A stretch of 64,000 nucleotides of DNA, taken from Macrostomum lignano (Eukaryota). The stretch covers positions 1 to 64,000 of the forward strand of contig NIVC01003126.1 of assembly GCA_002269645.1 (NCBI GenBank), in the 5' to 3' direction. Below the pieces are notes generated by a model, which had not been told where the DNA came from, made no database searches, and was given only the letters and a program-made list of their open reading frames with translations. The first letter of the stretch is position 1. Every line of letters starts with the position of its first letter. A program made the position numbers and the translations under genes. Shown here piece after piece: positions 1 to 13,114 of the stretch.

Positions 1-168
1 TATTTATTGTTAGGCATGTACACTTCACTGCGCCTTGGGGGGTTGGCTCTCAAGGCCGTTAATTGCACGAGCAGAGCCAGGAGCCGAGATTCCAATTTAG
101 TCCCCAATTAATGTGACTGCACTTGGAATCGAGCCTGGACAGGCGCTAGACCACTAGGCTACGGACCC
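1..168 (-). mobile_element. tRNA-derived SINE family B, copy 1 (truncated by window edge)
   Basis: Reverse complement begins gggtccgTAGCCTAGTGGtctagcg...GCTCGATTCC (Pol III box A/B-like). Its body (ttgagagccaaccccccaaggcgcagtgaagtgtacatgcctaac) recurs at about 11905-11940. Confidence 0.65.
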
Positions 169-966
169 AGACTTTTGACCATAGACTATTTTACTCTTAA
201 ATGAATCGAGTCAACGATTTGTCTATGGTAGTTGACCGATTTTTTTGCTAGTTGGACGCTTAGAGGACGATTAGATAACTGCAGCTGTTGCGTCATTGTA
301 AACTAAGAGTTTCTCTATACGCTGTTTGAGTTGGTTTAATTAAATTCAGGTAAAAGGTTTCGACATGTCTGTGTTATTACTATCAATGATATTATTTTAA
401 TTATTTATTGCTTTTTTTGTCTTAAATCTGTTTAGCAGCAACGACCCGTTCTATGCAATCAGTGTTTTTGCGCGCGGTGTGAAGTACAGCTTACTTGTTT
501 GCTTCTCTCTCTTTGGTACATGTAGTTCATTATTAACTCAATCATATTTGTATAGGCGCTGCTATTGCTAAAGTACTCGTACAATATAAAAGATATTGTC
601 ATTTAGAAAAAAAACAGTTAGTCGGAGTTAATCACAATCTCTCATTAATAAATTTTGACCTGAAAAAAAACTTAGCGCTTATTTTGTACACTTTTTGTTT
701 TCTATCTATAATGCATTGATTTTTTGTATGTTAATACAAAATATAGATATTATTTGTTAACAGTAGTCTAACTTGCTACATGTAGTGCTGTTCAAAATGT
801 CATCTGTATCAGTGTTTTTCTTAACTATGTCAGTCTAATAAATTCAATGGCTTTCTGGATGTTTGCAAATGTTTTTATTCGTTGTTGTTTTTATCTTGTT
901 TATTTCAGAACCACAGCCACCTCACACCTCCACCCACCCCTCACTGAATGTACACTCGGCTTCAGA

Positions 967-1702
967 CAGACTAGCCATAGAATGTACACTAGTCACCCAG
1001 CTCCAATCAGACTAGCCATAGAATGTACACTAGTCACCCAGCTCCAATCAGACTAGCCATAGAATGTACACTAGGCACCCAGCTCCAATCAGACTAGCCA
1101 TAGAATGTACACTAGTCACCCAGCTCCAATCAGACTAGCCATAGAATGTACACTAGTCACCCAGCTCCAATCAGACTAGCCATAGAATGTACACTAGTCA
1201 CCCAGCTCCAATCAGACTAGCCATAGAATGTACACTAGTCACCAGCTCCAATCAGACTAGCCATAGAATGTACACTAGCACCCAGCTCCAATCAGACTAG
1301 CCATAGAATGTACACTAGTCACCAGCTCCAATCAGACTAGCCATAGAATGTACACTAGTCACCCAGCTCCAATCAGACTAGCCATAGAATGTACACTAGT
1401 CACCCAGCTCCAATCAGACTAGCCATAGAATGTACACTAGTCACCAGCTCCAATCAGACTAGCCATAGAATGTACACTAGTCACCCAGCTCCAATCAGAC
1501 TAGCCATAGAATGTACACTAGTCACCCAAGCTCCAATCAGACTAGCCATAGAATGTACACTAGTCACCCAGCTCCAATCAGACTAGCCATAGAATGTACA
1601 CTAGTCACCCAGCTCCAATCAGACTAGCCATAGAATGTACACTAGTCACCCAGCTCCAATCAGACTAGCCATAGAATGTACACTAGTCACCCAGCTCCAA
1701 TC
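967..1702. repeat. 41-bp tandem minisatellite (cagactagccatagaatgtacactagtcacccagctccaat), about 18 copies
   Basis: Direct tandem periodicity of 41 nt, ending about 140 bp upstream of the nischarin ATG. Confidence 0.97.
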
Positions 1703-1844
1703 AAACGCATAACAACAGACCGTAGGATAAAATTTTCATTTTACTCTCACTTGCATGCTAGCTAGCACAATGCAAGTGCAATAATTTTTTTCAAAGCTGA
1801 TTTTGTTTTGAAAATAACAAATATTTTGCGCACAACATCTTGTC

Positions 1845-4800
1845 ATGGCCTCCCTAATTGACGAGACTGGACGAAGACGCATAATTAATATACGCGTAGC
1901 TGGCTTCGAAATTTCTGAAGATCACACTGTGAGAATTACTTCTTGTCTTCATTAACGCATGAGACATATTGTAATGGAAGACGCGTAATTATTCAACTAT
2001 TATTTTAATTACAGACCTATCTGATTGAGGTGCAAATCGATTCGGTCAAATGGCAAGTGAAGCGTCGTTTCAAAGAGTTTCATTATCTGCACGAGACTGT
2101 GAGTTTTGTTTTTTGGTATTTTCTTATTGTCTTTAAAATTAGATTATTATGTTGGAATCTCGTTACTAGATATAGGCACTCGTTTATCAGTGGTAAATTT
2201 GCTTATTGAGCATTGAAACCTGGTTATCAGGTGGTGAAACCTGGTTAAGAGGTAAAGAAACCTGGTTAAGAGGTAAAGAAACCTGGTTACTAGGTAGTGA
2301 AACCTAGTTATCAGGTGGTGGTTATCATGGAGTGAAACCTGGGTATTAGGTAGTGAAACCTAGTTAAGAGGTAAAGAAACCTGGTTACTAGGTAGTGAAA
2401 CCTAGTTAAGAGGTAAAGAAACCTGGTTACTAGGTAGTGAAACCTACCAAGTAGGTTAAGAAGTGAAACCTGGTTATCACGTGGTTAAACCCGGTTATTA
2501 GGTATTGAAACCTGGTTATTGGGTAGTGAGACCTAACTATTAAGTAGTGAAACCTCTGGTTATTAGGTATTGAAACCTGGTTACTAGGTAGTGAAACCTG
2601 GTTACCAGATAGTGAAACCTGGTTATTAGGTAGTGAAACCTGGTTATTAGGTAGTGAAACCTGCGTATCAGGTAGTGAAACCTGTTTATTAAGGAGTGAA
2701 ACCTAGTTGGTAGGTAGTAAAACCTGGTTATTAAGGAGTGAAACCTGGTTAGTAGGTAGTGAAACCTGGTTATAAGGTAGTGAAACCTGGTTTTTTGGTA
2801 GTGAAACCTGAATACTAAGTATTGAAACCTGATTATTAAGGAGTGAAACCTGGTTATTAGGTAGTGAAATCTGGTTATTAGGTAGGGAAACCTGGTTACC
2901 AGATAGTGAAACCTGGTTATTAGGTAGTGAAACCTGGCTATTAGGTAGTGAAACCTGGTTATTAAGGAGTGAAACCTCTGGTTATTAGGTAGTGAAACCT
3001 GTTTATTAGGTAGTGAAACCTCTGGTTATTAGGTAGTGGAACCTGATTACTAGGTAGTGAAAGCTGGTTATTAACGAGTGAAACCTAGTTATTAAGGAGT
3101 GAAACCTCTGGTTTTTAGGTAGTGAAACCTGTTTATTAGGTAGTGAAACCTCTGGTTATTAGGTAGTGAAACCTGATTACTAGGTAGTGAAACCTGGTTA
3201 TTAAGGAGTGAAACCTCTGGTTATTAGGTAGTGAAACCTGTTTATTAGGTAGTGAAACCTCTGGTTATTAGGTAGTGGAACCTGATTACTAGGTAGTGAA
3301 AGCTGGTTATTAACGAGTGAAACCTAGTTATTAAGGAGTGAAACCTCTGGTTATTAGGTAGTGAAACCTGATTACTAGGTAGTGAAAGCTGGTTATTAAC
3401 GAGTGAAACCTAGTTATTAAGGAGTGAAACCTCTGGTTATTAGGTAGTGAAACCTGATTACTAGGTAGTGAAACCTGGTTATTAAGGAGTGAAACCTGGT
3501 TATTAAGGAGTGAAACCCGGTTATTAGGTTAGTCAAACCTGGATATCAGGTAGTGAAACCTGGTTATTAGGTAGTGAAACCTGGATATCAGGTAGTGAAA
3601 CCTTTTTTTGGTAGTGAAACCTGAATACTAAGTAGTGAAACCTGGTTATTAGGTAGTGAAACCTGGTTACCAGATAGTGAAACCTTGTTATTTGGTAGTG
3701 AAACCTCTGGTTATTAGGTAGTGAAACCTGTTTTATTAGGTAGTGAAACCTCTGGTTATTAGGTAGTGAAACCTGATTGCTAGGTAGTGAAACCTGGTTA
3801 TTAAGGAGTGAAACCTGGTTATTAAGGAGTGAAACCTGGTTATTAAGGAGTGAAACCTGGTTATTAAGGAGTGAAACCTGGTTATTAAGGAGTGAAACCT
3901 CTGGTTATTAGGTAGTGAAACCTGTTTATTAGGTAGTGAAACCTGGTTATCAGGTAGTGAAACCTGGATATCAGGTAGTGAAACCTGGTTATCAGGTAGT
4001 GAAACCTGGATATCAGGTAGTAACCTGGTTAATTAATGCCGCACACTTTCCCCGTTGGCACCATTTTCAGCTGTGCAGAGATCGCGCAACCGAAATGAAA
4101 TCTGTGGCAAAATTTCCTCCAAAGAAGTCAATCGGCCACTTAACTGTGAAATTCGTACAGGACAGGCAGAAACGCCTGTCAGCTTACTTGCAATCCTTGG
4201 TCACCGTGTTCGATAGGCCGCCTCAGCCGTTTACTAATTTTCTACACTGGGAAAGATATGTAGGTTAACCTATTAATAATTCCTTATTTTGCATATACTG
4301 ATGTGTTCCTTATTACCAGTCCTCAACTGTAATCAAGGAACAATCACTTCTAGCTCAGTAGCTAGGCAACCCAGTAAGTCAACAGAAGGTATTCAATTAC
4401 CTTTAATCCGGATTTTTAAGTCTCGTCCTTGAGTCGTTCTCAACTGTAGATCTCTCGGTAGATCTCGTAGTCGTAGACTTCTAGACGTCTTCAGGTGTAG
4501 GTCAGGTTCGAGTTTCCTTCTTCTTTCCTGTAGAAGTAGTTCCGGCCGGAATCTGTCGTTCGGACCAATGGGAAGCTTCCAAATTAACAATGGGTACCCT
4601 GCGCCAAACTGCGGTTTAATATAAGCCTACTCCTTCTAGCAGTGCCTCTATGCACTCTAGGTACAGTATAGCTCCGGAAACCACTGATAGTCTTCTAAGA
4701 TCTATCAGGGGCAGTCCTGGAGACTGCAACCAGTAGAGTCTAAACAGACTCAGGAGTCTCAACAGACTCACTATAAACTCAAGTCACTCTTGGACTTGAG

Positions 4801-7800
4801 CGAGACGTCTCAACCAACAGGCGCAAATGAGTAAGGCTTACCGCAAGAACTCGACCACGTCTTCGAGTTGCTTCAGGAAGTCTGCTGCAGAGCTTCCTCT
4901 TTGGAGCTTTCTCTCTCGGAGAAACTGTGGCTCCGGGTCCGTTCCGGATCACTTGTATTTATAGGCAAATGGACCCCCATGAAGTCACGTGGGTACAACT
5001 CTTCAACTGTCAAAAGGGTCACGGTTTGGTTGCTGTCAAACATGGCAGGTTAGAAAGTTACTCCATTGGTTTAGTGTAAAAACGCGTGATTGGTTATCGC
5101 ATTCGAGTTATTTTTAGTTACATTTGATTGGTTCACGTGCGTACGGTTGAATGATGCATTTCTCCTGGGGTTTGCGTTTGACAAGTACAGGTTACACGTG
5201 ATTGGGTGATTTCTAAATTTAGCATGCTCAAGGTCTCTCTCTTCCTATTGGTTAGTCAGAATATACTTATAATTCAAAGCATACCTTTATCCATGCTCTT
5301 CAAATTACTACTGTATAAAATGTGTGAGTAGTACGTTAACACTTTTATGTTTTCTTTACGGGAGGTAGAACACTCTACAATACACTAGGGATTGTAGCAC
5401 AGTGGTAGAGCGCGTGTCGGACTCGAAACGGAAAGGTCGAGGGTTCGATTCTCGACCCATTCGGAATACGAGGTGTCTTTGAGCAAGACGCTTAACTCTG
5501 CATTGCTTCAGTTCACCCAGCTGTAAAATGGGTGTCAGCATTAGCTGGGGTAATTGAGGCTGTGTGTGGCGACCCGACCCCCCCCCCCCCCAGTCCTTGG
5601 ACTGAACAGCCGTACGCAGCCTTCAGATGCGCCGCGCAATATCTGCGGCTGAGCTGTCGATTGCACACCTGCTCATTAGGGCAGATGTATTAAAATGTAT
5701 TAAGTGCAAAAGTACATGTGTACTTTACAGAGTGCAAGTGCACATAAAACGTTACTATCTGGTATATTGAGATGCATTTTTAAGTATAAAGCTCTTATTG
5801 TAATTAAAATACTGAATTCGTGACTTTCAAAAATTGCAAAATGTACTTCTTTTATTACCACAGGAGATACAGGGCATCACCGGTTCGCTCACCGAGTACT
5901 TATTCGAGAAGGGCGACCTCTGGCTAGAGAGGGGCTACCCATTCGAGTTCTCTATATTGCAATTGTACGCCATCAATCAGCGAATGCGACTGCCGGCACC
6001 AACTTGCGGTGAGGTCCTATGCTCGAATCCTAAAGCGCAATATTTTTTTAATAAACGAAACTACGAATTTGATTTTGATATTGCTGCAGAACTCGGAAGC
6101 AGTTTTAAATCCGATTTTGGTCACCTGCTTGACTTCATCTCTCAGCTGGAGAGCGTCAAGCTGACCGGCTCGGACAGGCGGTACGGCAGAAGCAACCTGG
6201 TGCCCGACAGCCTGCACTATGATTTGAGCCCGTTCAAGCGGCTACTCAGGCTGCAGCTGGTTCAGGTGAGGCAGACAGACCGACAGAAAATACTAACACT
6301 AGGTGGGACACTAGGAGAGATACTTGTGAAGAGGCACATACACTGAAACAGATATTGAGGCAGACACCAAGACAGACACCAAGACAGATGCCAAGACAGA
6401 CACCAAGACAGACACCAAGATAGACACTGAAACAGACACCAAGACAGATGCCAAGACAGACACAAAGACAGGCACTGAGACAGACGGTCAGACAGGCAGT
6501 GAGACAGACACGCAGACAGACACCAAAACAGACTATACAGACACCTAGACAGACACCAAGACAGACACTGAGACAGACACCAAGACAGACACTGAGACAG
6601 ACACTGAGACAGACACTAAGACAGACAACAAGAAAGACAACAAGAGAGGCACCAAGACAGGAACTGAGACAGACGGTCAGACAGGCAGTGAGACAGACAC
6701 CAAGAAAGACACTGAGGCAGACACCAAGACAGACACCAAGACCGGCACCAAGACAGACACTGAGACAGACACTTAGGCAGACACCAAGACAGACACCAAG
6801 ACCGACACCAAGACAGACACTGAGACAGACGGTCAGACAGGCAGTGAGACAGACACTGAGACAGACACAAAACAGACAACTAGACAGACACCAAGACAGA
6901 CAGTGAGACAGACACTGAGACAGACACAAAACAGACAACTAGACAGACACCAAGACAGACACCTAGACCGACACTGAGACAGACACCAAGACAGACACTT
7001 AGGCAGACACCAAGACAGACACCAAGACCGGCACCAAGACAGAAACTGAGACAGACGGTCAGACAGGCAGTGAGACAGACACTGAGACAGACACAAAACA
7101 GACAACTAGACAGACACCAAGACAGACACCTAGACCGACACTGAGACAGATACCAAGACAGACACTGAGACAGACACTCCGCCCCTGCCCAGGTGAACCC
7201 GGACCGCCTAGTTGGCGCTGAGCATCTCCGAGCGCGCCTACTCACCCTGTCGGTGCGGGCCAGCGTCCACAGCATCCGCCAGCTGCTGCTGCCCGAGTGG
7301 CCGCCGCACCGTCAGCTGGGCCCCGACGCGCCCGTCTATTCGGCCTGCACTAGCGCCGATTTTAGCGACAATGGACTGTCGGAAATTGACGCCGGAGTGA
7401 AACTGATGCCAAGATTGAAACGACTCCGACTGAAAGGCAACTCCATAGCGAGGCTGGATAATTTGGACGAGCTGGAGCATCTGGCCGAACTGGATCTGTC
7501 TAAAAATAGCATCACTAAATTGGACTCCGTCCATCTGCTTGTTGGCAATTTGAAAGAGTTAGAATTGGCCAATAATCGGCTTACCGGATTGGAGGGACTA
7601 AGCAGGCTGTATGGATTGGTTAGTAACTGGCTTATCTATTGCTTTTTTCTAGGGTGTGTCGCGCTTCTAAGCGAGTGAAAATGTGTTGGGGAAAGAGTGA
7701 CTTAGTTAGAGTGAACTTTAAGATTGAGTGATTCAACTAGAGTGACCTGTGACATTGAATAACTTAATTAGAGTGACCTGTAAGATTGAGTGACTTAATT

Positions 7801-10778
7801 AGAGTGACCTGTAAGATTGAGTGACTTAATTAGCGTGACATGTAAGATTGAGTGACTTAATTAGCGTGACCTGTGAGATTGAGTGACTTATTAGAGTGAC
7901 CTGTAAGATTTAGTGACTTATTAGAGTGACCTGTAAGTTTGAGTGACTTATTAGAGTGACCTGTGAGATTGAGTGACTTAATTAGAGTGACCTGTAAGAT
8001 TGAGTGACTTATTAGAGTGACCTGTGAGATTGAGTGACTTATTAGAGTGACCTGTAAGTTTGAGTGACTTATTAGAGTGACCTGTGAGATTGAGTGACTT
8101 ATTAGAGTGACTTGTGAGATTGAGTGACTTATTAGAGTGACCTGTAAGTTTGAGTGACTTACTAGAGTGACCTGTGAGATTGAGTGACTTATTAGAGTGA
8201 CCTGTAAGATTGAGTGACTTTTTAGAGTGACCTGTGAGATTGAGTGACTTATTAGAGTGACTTGTGAGATTGAGTGACTTATTAGAGTGACCTGTGAGAT
8301 TGAGTGACTTATTAGAGTGACCTGTGAGATTGAGTGACTTATTAGAGTGACCTGTGAGATTGAGTGACTTATTAGAGGGACCTGTAAGATTGAATGACTT
8401 ATTAGAGTGACCTGTAAGATTGAGTGACTTATTAGAGTGACCTGTAAGATTGAGTGACTTATTAGAGTGACCTGTGAGATTGAGTGACTTATTAGAGTGA
8501 CTTGTGAGATTGAGTGACTTATTAGAGTGACCTGTGAGATTGAGTGACTTATTAGAGTGACCTGTGAGATTGAGTGACTTATTAGAGTGACCTGTAAGAT
8601 TGAGTGACTTATTAGAGTGACCTGTAAGATTGAGTGACTTAATTAGAGTAACCCGTGAGAGTGAATTACTTTTAGAGTGACTTATGAAAAGAGAGACTGA
8701 CTTTTGGAGTGACCTGTGTCCTATGAGAATGAGTGCTATTTAGAGTGACCTGTGATAGTGAATCTTCTATTAAACTACTATATGAGTGATTGCATTTAGA
8801 CGTTAGTGTGATCGGTGTCTGCAGGAAAGAGTGAGGAGCACAATACTCAGGCAGCATTATTAATTTAACTTTCTAAACCTCCCTTGAACTGCTCAAATCT
8901 CAGGTGACTCTGGGCCTGCGAGCCAACTTAATCTCAGACCTGTCGGAGGTCGCCCACCTGGCCAATTTGCCCCTGCTAGCCAGGCTAATCCTGGCCGATA
9001 ATCCGTTAACTCAGCTAGCGGATTATCGGGTTCGCGCGTTGCAATTATTCGATTCGAGAGCCTCCGAGCTGGTGCTTGACGATGAGCCTGCGACTGCAAA
9101 AGAACTGGACACTATTGCCGTGCTGCAGGCCATCCGACGGAGTCGAGAGCTCAGCTTGTCGTCGTCTTCAGCTGCTGTTGTTGCATCCTCTTGTTCGCCA
9201 CCGGCTGTGCTGCCGCCAGCAGCTCTTCAACCGCCATTTCGTTGTCAGGGCGTTTTGTTAGCTTGTCCTCAGCATCCTCTGCCGCCGCTGAGCCAGGGTT
9301 GCCACGCGAAAGTCGATATTAGCATTGAGAAGCAAGTGCTGATTGTAAAGCCAACAGGTTCAACTAGATCACAGCTTACTCGTAATTTCAATCGATTGCA
9401 ATCTGGGTGGTTCGATTTCGATATTGGGATTCAACGGCTTTCGATTGCCAACGATCAACCGATGGAAAGAGAGCGGTATTATTCGGAACAGTCTGAGCTG
9501 ACCTGTCAAGCAGAGGTGGATACTTACTCTGAGATGTCGACAGGTGCTGATGCACCGGAGCTCATAACTCAATCAGAGACAGGTGGTAATGCACCGGAGC
9601 TCAGAACTCAATTAGAGACAGGTGGTGATGCACCGGAGCTCAGAACTCAATCAGAGAGAGGTGGTGATGCACCGGAGCTCAGAACTCAATCAGAGACAGG
9701 TGGTGATGCACCGGAGCTCAGAACTCAATCAGAGACAGGTGGTGACGCACCGGAGCTCAGTACAGCAGCAGAATCCAACAGAACTCAATCAGAGACAGGT
9801 GGTGATGCACCGGAGCTCAGAACTCAATCAGAGACAGGTGGTGACGCACCGGAGCTCAGTACAGCAGCAGAATCCAACAGAACTCAATCAGAGACAGGTG
9901 GTGACGCACCGGAGCTCAGTACAGCAGCAGAATCCAACAGAACTCAATCAGAGACAGGTGGTGACGCACCGGAGCTCAGTACAGCAGCAGAATCCAACAG
10001 AACTCAATCAGAGACAGGTGGTGACGCACCGGAGCTCAGTACAGCAGCAGAATCCAACAGAACTCAATCAGAGACAGGTGGTGACGCACCGGAGCTCAAT
10101 ACAGCAGCAGAATCCAACAGAACTCAATCAGAGACAGGTGGTGACGCACCGGAGCTCAATACAGCAGCAGAATCCAACAGAACTCAATCAGAGACAGGTG
10201 GTGACGCACCGGAGCTCAGTACAGCAGCAGAATCCAACAGAACTCAATCAGAGACAGGTGGTGACGCACCGGAGCTCAATCCAGCAGCAGAATCCAACAG
10301 AACTCAATCAGAGACAGGTGGTGATGCACCGGAACTCAATCCAGCAGCAGAATCCAACAGAACTCAATCAGAGACAGGTGGTGACGCACCGGAGCTCAAT
10401 ACAGCAGCAGAATCCAACAGAACTCAATCAGAGACAGGTGGTGACGCACCGGAGCTCAGTACAGCAGCAGAATCCAACAGAACTCAATCAGAGACAGGTG
10501 GTGATGCACCGCTGCTCCAATCATTAACGAATCGACCAAGTACGTCCCAGAGTGAGTCATGCACCTCCCGCGTCGATGACTCATACACGCCGCACCAGTC
10601 GCTTCGAATTGATTTACCGTCCATCGTTTCTGCACTGCCGTCCGCTTCTTCCTGGGCAGTCTTCGGTCTGTCAGTTCGCTATAATGACAGGCCTGTGTCA
10701 GCCGAGTCTGTTCTGCTGTTGCTTAGTTTGGCTAGCGAATCCGACCGTGACAGGCTGATTAAAGTGCTCAAGTCTTAG
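1845..10778 (+). CDS. NISCH: Nischarin (PX domain + leucine-rich repeats), 6 exons, about 1019 aa
   Basis: Exons 1845-1928, 2015-2098, 4071-4259, 5864-6265, 7193-7618, 8904-10778; all introns GT-AG and phase 0. Joined protein has a PX domain (TYLIEVQIDSVKWQVKRRFKEFHYLHET...FPPKKSIG...RQKRLSAYLQ), the nischarin-type segment EIQGITGSLTEYLFEKGD...LQLYAI...DFGHLLDFI, LRRs (LKGNSIARLDNLDELEHLAELDLSKNSI) and LADNPL...DYRVRALQLF...KELDTIAVLQAI. These match recalled vertebrate nischarin motifs in order. Confidence 0.93.
2215..4030. repeat. Diverged 21-bp minisatellite (gaaacctggttattaggtagt) filling nischarin intron 2
   Basis: About 85 variant units spaced 21-23 nt, ending about 40 bp before the exon-3 acceptor. 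Confidence 0.95.
4299..5379 (-). mobile_element. Solo LTR of the Gypsy family present full-length at 48509-59469
   Basis: TG...CA termini; 1081 bp clearly homologous to both LTRs of the full element; 4-bp TSD ATAC (4295-4298 / 5380-5383). Lies in nischarin intron 3. Confidence 0.95.
5388..5632 (+). mobile_element. tRNA-derived CORE-like SINE family A, copy 1
   Basis: Box A TAGCACAGTGG and box B GGTTCGATTC, followed by a MIR/CORE-like segment (tttgagcaagacgcttaac...cttcagttcacccagctgtaaaatggg). A second copy is inverted at 23975-24226. Confidence 0.8.
6270..7178. repeat. Composite CAGA-based satellite filling nischarin intron 4
   Basis: Units such as agacagacaccaag and agacagacactgag run from just after the donor to about 14 bp before the acceptor. 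Confidence 0.95.
7700..8760. repeat. 30-bp minisatellite (gagtgacttattagagtgacctgtgagatt) in nischarin intron 5
   Basis: Clear 30-nt periodicity, about 33 copies. Confidence 0.96.
9545..10510 (+). repeat. Coding tandem repeat (39-nt and 60-nt units; RTQSETGGDAPEL[STAAESN]) inside the last nischarin exon
   Basis: Both unit lengths are multiples of 3, and ORF 8904-10778 stays open through the array. Confidence 0.9.
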
Positions 10779-10949
10779 TTGATTCACTGCTCTTCGATGT
10801 AGAACAAGGAATTATTTAACTGTGATTGCGATTCAGCAGACACTTTGAGGTGCGGTGCGATGGCTGTCTAATTATCGATTAGATATCCCATCGATTTTTT
10901 TCTTGCCGAATTCCTTCAAAGATACTCAGTTGCTGATCCACTGCCAGCC

Positions 10950-11310
10950 TCCATAGTGTCAGTTGCTAGGCCTGAGTCCCAGATCCTTATTTGCTGGGCC
11001 AGCCTCCCAGAGTGTCGGTTGCTGGGCCAGCCTCCCAGAGTGTCAGTTGCTGGGCCAGCCCCCCAGAGTTTCAGTTGCTGGGCCAGCCTCCCAGAGTGTC
11101 AGTTGCTGGGCCAGCCTCTCAGATCCTCATTTGCTGGGCCAGCCTCTCAGATCCTCAGTTGCTGGGCCAGCCTCTCAGATCCTCATTTGCTGGGCCAGCC
11201 TCTCAGATCCTCAGTTGCTGGGCCAGCCTCTCAGATCCTCAGTTGCTGGGCCAGCCTCTCAGATCCTCAGTTGCTGGGCCAGCCTCCCAGATCCTCAGTT
11301 GTTGGTCCCA
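10950..11310. repeat. 28-bp minisatellite (tgctgggccagcctctcagatcctcagt) 3' of the nischarin stop
   Basis: About 12 tandem units. Confidence 0.93.
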
Positions 11311-11817
11311 ATAGCTATAGATTGCCTCTTTAATAATGTTTTTTCAATTTATTCCTGCTCTGAAGTTTTAACGAATGTAATTTACTCAGATTTTAGATTA
11401 TTAAATACTCAATCATCATAGTTATTGCCTCTTCTGTAATTAATTACATGTACTTTTAATTTATAATTTCTGACTGAAAAGACTACTTTCAGTAGAACTG
11501 ATGATCATCATGCTGTATCGACTTTGTAGGCGTTTCAAATTGGTGCATAATAATAAAACAAAATGATTAACCTGTTTTTTCAACGATCCTCAGTGCCAAC
11601 TCCAATTGATCAAATGTATATTTAAATTATTGTAAATACTGAATGCAATTCCACTGATTATATTATAATTCGAGACAATCGCTTGCACTTTTAGTAAGTG
11701 ATGAATGCATGTGTTATTCTTCATATGCGAACGTAATTTTCACGTTGTCATGGTTATTCTTTTATAGTAATCAGTGCATCTCAATTTATTGTCAATTTTT
11801 TACTTGCCAAGACAAAC

Positions 11818-12160
11818 TGGTGGTCTTAGCCAGCGGCTTAGGCTCGATTCCAGGTGCTGTCACATTAATCAAGATAGCTTGTGCAATTAATGCCCTTGAG
11901 AGCCAACCCCCCAAGGCGCAGTGAAGTGTACATGCCTAACGATAAATAAAGTTAGGGCCGCTGTACACTCCTGTGTGAGTGTGTGCCTGCGCGTATGACT
12001 CTCTATGCAGTAATGCCTCTCGCTGGTTGTGTGACAATGGAGGGTTCATCGGAAGTCAGAGTTTAAGGCAATGGAGGGTTCATCGGAAGTCAGAGTTTAA
12101 GGCAATGGAGGGTTCATCGGAAGTCAGAGTTTAAGGCAATGTCGCTTAAAGTGCGCCGTG
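11818..12160 (+). mobile_element. SINE family B, copy 2 (with an internal 3x31-bp duplication)
   Basis: Homologous to 1-168 (reverse complement) and to 43036-43271. Contains gacaatgtcgcTTAAagtgcgcc, the empty site of the piggyBac insertion. Confidence 0.7.
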
Positions 12161-12627
12161 TCTATCTAAACTAGTATGAAAAAAAGCAGTCACCTGATAA
12201 AATTTGACTGTACATCACAACCTTGTAACTGACATTGGTTCTATAGAATTTCTTCTGTATAATCTATTTTTTATACCCTATAGTGTCCTACTATTCTGCC
12301 TTGATTGTGTGTCTACAGTGTATTATTAAGCTGATTTATGTTAATATCAATAGACATTTTTTCATAGAGCTGTTTTTTCTAATTGTTAAATAAAATCGAT
12401 TATTAATTTATGTTGTAATAGACAAGAGTCAAAACCGTGCAATTTATTAAATATTAATTTTATTTCAAAAGGCTTCAACAGTTTCATTACCAGAGAGGAC
12501 ACCTGCTAATCAAAGATCGTTTCGATATTTAGGAGGTTGATTTCCTGGTAAAAAAATACACCGCGGAGATAGGAAAAACTTCTAAAAGGTATTCAAAAAA
12601 GTACAAAACAAATAGTTCACTTGTAAG

Positions 12628-13114
12628 CAGGGGCGTCGCCATGGATTTTATGGTGAGGGGACAAAGCCAATAATTCTACATTTACATGTACATTATTGCA
12701 GCGGGCACTCATTTTTGCGCCGCAGGCACTCATTTTAGCGCCGCAGGCACTCATTTTGGCGCCGCAGGCACTCATTTTGGCGCCGCAGGCACTCATTTTG
12801 GCGCCGCAGGCACTCATTTTGGCGCCGCAGGCACTCATTTTGGCACCGCAGGCACTCATTTTAGTGCCACAGGCACTCATTTTGGCGCCGCAGGAATTTA
12901 TTTTAGCGCCGCAGGCACGCATTTCGGCGCCGCAGGAACTCATTTTGGCGCCGCAGGCACTCATTTCGGCGCCGCAGGCACTCATTTTGGTGCCACAGGC
13001 GCAAAAATGTTTTGTCCCCCTGAAGCAAAATTATTGATTTCCATAACGGTTCACAAGGTGGGGGGGGGGACAAAGCATTGGTCCCCCCTGTCCCCCCTAA
13101 TGGTGACACCTCTG
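12628..13114. mobile_element. hAT-type MITE with internal 21-bp tandem array
   Basis: TIRs caggggcgtcgcca / tggtgacacctctg; perfect 8-bp TSD CTTGTAAG (12620-12627, 13115-13122); about 14 copies of gcgccgcaggcactcattttg inside. Confidence 0.88.

Noticed and set aside
436-616. Two possible small exons (SNDPFYAISVFARGVKYSLLVCFSLF / GAAIAKVLVQYKRYCHLEKK) with compatible splice phases
   Set aside because: They could be the 3' end of an upstream membrane-protein gene, but no recognisable motif is present and the region is short and AT-rich; needs RNA-seq.
967-1702. Regular 41-bp repeat resembling a CRISPR array
   Set aside because: There are no unique spacers and no cas genes, and the context is eukaryotic; it is a plain minisatellite.
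5388-5465. tRNA-like sequence
   Set aside because: It continues into a CORE-like body shared with another copy, so it is a SINE head and not a tRNA gene.
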